A stretch of 63,897 nt of DNA, counting the filler, from Trichomonas gallinae (taxonomy: Eukaryota): assembly GCA_008369845.1 (NCBI GenBank). It is 9 parts of 9 records of this genome, joined end to end, with 100 filler letters (N's around TTAATTAATTAA, not from the genome) between each part and the next. Parts side by side here need not be neighbours in the genome. Positions count along the whole stretch, not along the records: positions 57,750 to 60,681 come from MRSU01001192.1; positions 60,782 to 63,897 come from MRSU01001197.1; 7 more parts are not named here. One strand, given 5' to 3'. Under the pieces are notes generated by a model. That model ran no database searches, was not told where the DNA came from, and was given only the letters and a program-made list of their open reading frames with translations. Within the stretch, counting starts at the first letter, position 1, and each line of letters starts with the position of its first letter. The translations under genes were made by a program, and so were the position numbers. Below, in pieces: positions 57,750-63,897 of the stretch.

Positions 57750-57934
57750 AATTGTATTTCTGGAAGTTGGAACGGTCCAATTTGAATATTAGATTCTGCT
57801 TCAACTTTGTGGTGACGATGATGTCTTCTTGAGTGCTCGCATGGATATGGGTAAGGGATATCATGGCGTCTATCGGTGAAATGATGGCCACGATGGCGCC
57901 TTGACTCTGAGAATAAGAACAAAAGGCTCAACAT
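57750..57934 (-). CDS. N-terminus of a secreted His/Arg-rich protein, 3'-partial
   Basis: MLSLLFLFS signal-like start, Inr TCATT about 11-15 nt upstream, frame open into the linker. Confidence 0.65.
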
Positions 57935-58739
57935 CTAAGAGAAAAATGATTGCAATTTCTTATTCCTATAACGTCAAAGCGGTTTTGCCGTCAAACTAAA
58001 TTTGACGAATCACAGTTTTAAAATTTTAAATGCATGGAACATCTGGGCATGGAAATTTCAACCACACTGGCAAAAAGCTGTTTTGACAATGAAAGATAAA
58101 AAAATACTGTGAAACTATCGTTATATCATTGAGCATGAATTGAATGTCATTATTCAATTTATTGAGATTGTTTTACATTTAAAGTTTTTCGACTCATTTA
58201 TAATATACTTTAGCGATCAAATCAAAATAAAAAAAAAAGTTATTGTTTTGATCCGTTCTTCTTAAAGCTTTGGTAATTAATCATTATATTCCAGTTCCAC
58301 TATACATTAAATGGGGAGAATAAGAACCTTTGAGTTCCAAAAGATTATTTTTCAAAGATTCAAATTTGATTTTTAATTTAAATTACGCAATAATAACTTT
58401 TTAAAACACACATAAGTATTGCCATTCATATCTCAGGATATGCAGATTGATTAGTTTCAAATACTTTTCCAAAATGATCTCAACAACAACAAGAAATAGT
58501 CTTATAATATCTTTTAAATTCATAAACGTATATCTTTTTATATCAGAAAGAAAAATTGTGGAAATTAATTTTGTGGAATTCAATTGAACAAAATATCAAG
58601 AATTATCTTTATTTTTTGGAGAAATATGCAACTGCAAAAGGATCTATTTAAATAATAAATTAGTCGTTTTATTGAAGTAAATATTCAAAAAATAAAAAAT
58701 ACAAAATATTTTTATTTTGATTTTCCATAAATATCCTCA

Positions 58740-60010
58740 GATTCATATGAGAGTCTGATGGGCAATTTCGACTATCTTCAAGGGTCATTGATTCCATTGT
58801 CGATATTAAGTTATGAACGCATGATTCTCTTACTTCTTTTCTTATTGAGAAAATCCAGACAAACAATATTAATTGGCAATTAATATATGATCTTATTTGC
58901 CAACATTGGTTGTATTCGTGAATATTGGGACATTTTTGAGCAAGTTTATCTTCATTTAAAAGTCATACCAAAAATTGACGATGTTTCCTCTATCATTCAT
59001 TTGATATATGCGAAGAAATATAATACAAGATTCATATGGGAGCACAAGCATTTTATTTACTGCAGTTATAGAAGTTGCAAAAACAAAAATCTCGATGAAA
59101 TTTTTAGCTATTATGAGTCAGATCTAATCATGCGTTGCATCATTCATGATGATTTCAAATCTCTAAAGGAAATCATTCTCTCAGAACCGGCTTTTGGCTT
59201 CAAACGCATTATATTCGAAAAACTGCTGCTTCTGTGGCGCATTTGAAATTTTCAAATTTTTGAGGAACAATGGTATTGAAATCACTAAAAAATGTCTTGA
59301 TTACAGAAATAAATCCACTCGTATACTAAATGTCAAAATGCATAAATTTCGACGAATTTTTAATATATTGTTGTTATTTCCAAAATCAAGAACTTATTAA
59401 TTGCATTTTATGCTTAGGTGCAAATATTTAGAAGCAAAAGATGAAGAAGGTAGAACTGCATTACTTGAAGCTGCACGTTGTAATAGTGTTAAAGTCATCA
59501 CTAAATTGATAGAACTTGATGCAATTATTGAAGCAATAGATGAAGAAGGTAGAGATGCATTATTTGAAGCTGCAAATTGGAGCAGTGTTGAAGCATTTAT
59601 AAAATTAGTAGAACTTGGTGCAAATATCGAAGCTGAAGATGAGCTTGGCAAAACTGCATTATTCAAATCTGTACATTGGAGCAATGTTGAAGCCATCACT
59701 AAATTGGTCGAACTTGGTGCAAATATTGAACCAAAAGATGATGAAGGTATAACTCCATTATTTAAAGCTGCATGGCATAATAATGTTGAAGCCATCAAAA
59801 AACTGGTCGAGCTTGATGCAAATATAGAATCAAAAGTATAAGATAGTAAAACTCCATTTTTATAGTTGAACTTGGTGCAAAAATTGAAGAAATAGATGAA
59901 GAAGGGAGTATCCCATTAATAAGGGCAGAACGTTGGAATAGTATTGAAGCAATCACAAAATTGGTAGAATATGGTGCAAATATCGAAACAAAAGAAAATA
60001 TTATAACATA
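58740..60010 (+). pseudogene. Fragmented DUF3447-type/ankyrin repeat gene
   Basis: Pieces in different frames: IMRCIIHDDFKSL; CCFCGAFEIFKFLRNNG; 33-aa ankyrin repeats (EAKDEEGRTAL...KLVELGANI) with a stop at 59839-59841, then a frameshifted further repeat. Boundaries approximate. Confidence 0.8.
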
Positions 60011-60525
60011 ATTTAACATACATCATCTAATAAAAACTGAATAGGCCATTAGCAATCTAATTTCAAGTTTTTGTCTACGGATGATTGTGCGAATACAACT
60101 TTTTTCTGTGCAAACTCATATCGTTATTTTTACCTATTGAGTTTTAAGTTTCAAATTCGAAATATAATAATGAACATCCATATTCGAAATGAAAAATAAG
60201 GATTTCATTCTGAAATCTATAATAATCTATAATAAGTTGAACGATAATAAAATATGTTATCATTAAACTATTTTCACCACAAACATCAATAACTATATAC
60301 TTGGTAAGTAGGCAAAGAAAATTTATAGGTATTGCATCATTCTTAGAAGATTCAATATCTTTGTATATAAACGAAATATATTCTCACAGGCTACAAAATT
60401 GAATTGATATTTTCGCTCAAAATTATGAAGAATCATTTTCGAATGTGTTTTAATTTAGAATTTTAGCATCGAAAATAAAAATATTATATAATAATACTTC
60501 GGATGAGATAATCCTAAATGAAAAT

Positions 60526-60681
60526 TTAGAAGATTGAGCAAGCAATTCTATACTTGTTAAGTCTGTCCTGAAGACCGTTTGTGCCGCCATTAACACGGCG
60601 AGAAATTGTCTCGCATGATGCACCACTGTCGCAAAGGGCGTTCATGCCGTTGCGCATCCACCAGAAGCCGGCAGATGTCCA
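60526..60681 (-). CDS. C-terminal 51 aa of a glycoside hydrolase family 19 (chitinase/endolysin-like) protein, 5'-partial
   Basis: Manual translation WTSAGFWWMRNGMNALCDSGASCETISRRVNGGTNGLQDRLNKYRIACSIF* matches the GH19 end motif (SA.WFW..NG.N.LAD...ITRRINGG.NGL.DR...Y). Not in the ORF track. Confidence 0.85.
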   Translation of the reverse strand, partial: WTSAGFWWMRNGMNALCDSGASCETISRRVNGGTNGLQDRLNKYRIACSIF

Positions 60682-60781
60682 NNNNNNNNNNNNNNNNNNN
60701 NNNNNNNNNNNNNNNNNNNNNNNNNTTAATTAATTAANNNNNNNNNNNNNNNNNNNNNNNNNNNNNNNNNNNNNNNNNNNN
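60682..60781. other. Artificial contig linker
   Basis: 44N-TTAATTAATTAA-44N. Confidence 0.97.
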
Positions 60782-61232
60782 CAATTTTGGATCATTTTAA
60801 GCATCTTTTATTCATGATATAATTATAACCGTTTCAATTCAAAATTGAATGTTCAAGAATAAGGTTATATAGCTCAAATCTTATTTATGAGTACAAGCAA
60901 CTCAACACACTATCCTTCGATCTAAGTATATGCTAGAGAAGATTGTATTTTAGTCAGCTAACTCAAATATTATATACATTTAAGAAAAATTACAAATGAA
61001 ATAGAAAATAGATGTTCACATTGAATATTGATGTAATATAACCTTTGTATTAGCACCATATAATGGATTTTGTTCAAACACTGTTTTTTAAAGAAATGAA
61101 TATTAGAAACGAAGCAAATAGTGTATTATTATCTATTATCTTAGGTCATTTCGAGAGTGTTTAAAAGTAATATTCATCATATATTAATTATAATGATATA
61201 AATAATTATTTTAACTCTGAAACAATAAAAAA

Positions 61233-62684
61233 TTAGTATATCTTTGGACGACAGATTTCTTCGAAGTATGTAGTACCCCAGTAGTTTCCTTGACCAGTCG
61301 AATTCAGGTCGAAGTGAGAAGATGTGAAATATTTCGGATCAACTTTAACAGTTGGGCCGTATCTAACTTCTGGCTTGTCTCCCTTGCCTCTCTTGCTGGC
61401 ATTAGGATCCTCGTAGTAAGGATCGAATGTTCCACCAACAGCGAAGCCAGTTCCGCGCATATGATGAAGATCGACACCTTTTTCTGCTGGTTTTCCTGTT
61501 CCAGCGAGTTTGTTGAAGTCCTTGGCCGTTGTGCTGTAATCTGGGCTGTCGCCACCAAGGAAAAGATGATCATCTCTTGCATCAACAAATTTGCCTCTTC
61601 CATCTTGCGTTCGATCGTAGTTTCCGATGAGATCTGATGATGTTGTCTGATAGCGACCCTGTCCATCGCCCTTAAACACGATGTTGGACTCTTGGAGGTT
61701 GACTTTGAGTCTTTCTGGTGCAACAGTGACAACTGTTTGATTTCTGTCAGGCCACTCGTTCTTCTCATGGCCAGGATCGAAGTGCGTAGAGCGGAGCTCG
61801 TTCTTATCGATGTGGTTCGGAATTGGCTTGCGATTTGTAAAATCGATCGTATAATTGGATTGCCACTTGCTGGAGTCACCAGCCTCACCGTGATCGCTGA
61901 GGACAGCGCACGGTGGAGCTTTGAAGGTTTCTGGCCTTCCTGCGAGTTTCGATGGTTTATAAAGTGATGTGCCCATTGTTGTTTCGTAGTTTGGCTTGTC
62001 GTAACCGATGTCGAAGTTCGCTTTTGTCATATCCATAATCTTTGCGTCTGCAATTTGAGGATAATTATTTGCATTCTTTTTATTTTTGCTCTTTTGATGT
62101 GGGCCTAAGCCAGCGTCCTTGTCAAACTCAACGTGAGACTTCTGTAATTCTAAATTGTATGTAGGTGGCTTTTCTATTGGACGGTTGATAAAATCGTTAT
62201 TGTAAGTTGTATCGAAAGATTTTGGATCAGAACCAAAGTAAAAGTGGGATGTAACACCTTCAGCCTTTCTCGCTTTGGCTTCAGAGTTGTCGTAAGGCGG
62301 CCTTCCGTCGTTTGCTTCTTTTAAGGCCGCGTGGCATGTAGATTCAGGAATTGGTTCATCACCCTTGATGATATCCGAGCAAGGAAGAGGATCAGCACGC
62401 TTAGGGACATCAGAACGATCCCAACGTTTATAAGTTCTCTGATAATCTGTTTTCATTTCTTCAGCATCCGGCTCTAAGTTTCCACCACCAATGCTGATGC
62501 CTGTAGGAGGGGCATTTGTCTTGTAATTGAAGTTTAAAGGGTGCCTGATGTAAGTATCGTGGTAAAGAGTGGACCAATGATCCTCAATCTCCTTCGGGTT
62601 GACACTATCCCTGCGAGCGTTGGCTTTAATCTCTGATATATCATCTCTCTTAGGTATAGGACGGAATTTGTATTGCGTTTGCAT
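61233..62684 (-). CDS. SAXO/TEX45-like microtubule inner protein with repeated Mn-like motifs (483 aa)
   Basis: Repeats such as SHFYFGSD..FDTTYNNDF, ANFDIGYD..YETTM, WQSNYTIDF, DHLFLGGD..YSTT, KTDYQRTY and SHFDL....WGTTY in an otherwise disordered protein. Confidence 0.7.
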   Translation of the reverse strand: MQTQYKFRPIPKRDDISEIKANARRDSVNPKEIEDHWSTLYHDTYIRHPLNFNYKTNAPPTGISIGGGNLEPDAEEMKTDYQRTYKRWDRSDVPKRADPLPCSDIIKGDEPIPESTCHAALKEANDGRPPYDNSEAKARKAEGVTSHFYFGSDPKSFDTTYNNDFINRPIEKPPTYNLELQKSHVEFDKDAGLGPHQKSKNKKNANNYPQIADAKIMDMTKANFDIGYDKPNYETTMGTSLYKPSKLAGRPETFKAPPCAVLSDHGEAGDSSKWQSNYTIDFTNRKPIPNHIDKNELRSTHFDPGHEKNEWPDRNQTVVTVAPERLKVNLQESNIVFKGDGQGRYQTTSSDLIGNYDRTQDGRGKFVDARDDHLFLGGDSPDYSTTAKDFNKLAGTGKPAEKGVDLHHMRGTGFAVGGTFDPYYEDPNASKRGKGDKPEVRYGPTVKVDPKYFTSSHFDLNSTGQGNYWGTTYFEEICRPKIY

Positions 62685-63083
62685 TGATTAATAACGGATG
62701 AAAAAAAGTGTCATGGTAATTTTTCAAAAAATTATTTATTTGTGATTTGCGTCCTTTATCACACAAAGAATCCATTCTATCAATAAAATTTGGTGATTTA
62801 CCGATTAGTTTCCGAGAAAAACGAGATTTAACAATAAACATCATTATCAAGTAAAATGAATACTGGGAAACCCATATAAAGTGCATAAAGAACATTGCTT
62901 TTAGAATAACGAATCTCATCTATGATATATTATTTTACTCTAACATTAAACGCTTTTTAATGAAAATTGCAGATACTTCCCTGTCGCTTGATGTAGAACA
63001 TCTGCAAAGAGTGATGTTATTTTTGATTTTTCACGATTTTTTATGATGAAAATTTAAATTGTAAGAAAGAAGACAAATACAGT

Positions 63084-63791
63084 TTAGAGAAGTGGTAATA
63101 ACAACAGATATGAATAGAACAAGTAGAGAGGAATTATAAGAAGCTCGGCATTGGAAACTTTTGTAGAAATTATAAGATATCTACCGCTGCAATATGATGA
63201 CCATGCAATAAATGGAATAGATAAAATTGTAACTGTTATAATACGAAGACTGAATAATCTTGAAAATACTAAAATTGGAATTAGAGGTGGAAGACAGTAT
63301 GTAACAGCGCAAGTTAATGTAGAGACAGTAAACTCATTTGCTGGAGCTACTGCAAGTGCCATGTTATGGAATGCAAAGTATAAAAGCGTGATTCCGACAA
63401 CAGCAACCATGTAAACTGTTCCAAAGCGAGGCTTGCCAAGGAACAATAGAAGAAAAGCATATCCAATGAAGAAAAGAATGGAAATCAGGAAATTGTTATC
63501 GATATTACGTGGAACTTTGCGTGGATTCAAAATAGATTTTAAGTTTGCCTTAACATCTGAGTTGTGTATGCCAAGCTCTTCGAATAAGGATGGCTCACCT
63601 GGAAATCCTCCGTGCCAAATGGATGCGTATTCACCAACTGTATGGTGAACATGATTTTGATCTGTTGAATAATAAGTGTTTTGCGGATTATAAACAGGTG
63701 CTGGAGTAGGTCCAGGAGAAACAGTGTTTTGCATTGGTGCTGCATTATTTTGTGGCGTTGATGTCATAAATTCTAGCTCATCTGGAATCAT
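63084..63791 (-). CDS. Yip1-domain (YIPF5/7-like) ER-Golgi membrane protein; start uncertain (63842, 63791 or 63767)
   Basis: EPSLFEELGI...NLKSILNP, LLLFLGKPRFGTVY, YCLPPLI, WSSYCS, LIIPLYLFY; five TM segments. Confidence 0.88.
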   Translation of the reverse strand: MIPDELEFMTSTPQNNAAPMQNTVSPGPTPAPVYNPQNTYYSTDQNHVHHTVGEYASIWHGGFPGEPSLFEELGIHNSDVKANLKSILNPRKVPRNIDNNFLISILFFIGYAFLLLFLGKPRFGTVYMVAVVGITLLYFAFHNMALAVAPANEFTVSTLTCAVTYCLPPLIPILVFSRLFSLRIITVTILSIPFIAWSSYCSGRYLIISTKVSNAELLIIPLYLFYSYLLLLPLL

Positions 63792-63897
63792 TTGTAATTT
63801 TTTGAATAATAAAACCGCTGACTCAGTTCTGCGTGATCTCATTTGTTTTTGCTTCAGCCTTTTTTATATGACTGCAAACATAACTGTTCTGCATTTT

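Noticed and set aside
11900..60781. Recurrent TTAATTAATTAA flanked by Ns as a biological repeat
   Set aside because: Identical 100-nt layout at eight sites with six-frame stops: an assembly or concatenation linker.

Overview
AT-rich, apparently intron-free eukaryotic DNA from a trichomonad (Trichomonas-like parabasalid; inferred from the gene families and Inr/M5 core-promoter motifs). The window is nine contigs joined by eight artificial 100-nt linkers (44 N + TTAATTAATTAA + 44 N), so adjacency across linkers is not evidence of linkage. Housekeeping genes: RPL4, lysyl-tRNA synthetase, Prp28-like helicase, CWC22, Yip1-family, PQ-loop. Typical trichomonad expanded families: two R2R3 Mybs, a transmembrane adenylyl cyclase, ankyrin/DUF3447 genes and pseudogenes, a Pmp-like protein, two Bap/Ig-like secreted paralogues, LRR, Tubby-like. 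Best leads: (1) a putative atypical homeodomain fused to WD40, with an 8-copy TTTACAYGRCA-like array in its own divergent promoter and the same motif upstream of other genes; (2) a contig with identical 53-nt ends 3921 nt apart that forms a stop-free 1307-codon loop; (3) a GH19 endolysin/chitinase C-terminus missed by the ORF track; (4) G-U-containing hairpins downstream of a small unknown gene. All family calls are by-eye motif recognition; no searches were run.
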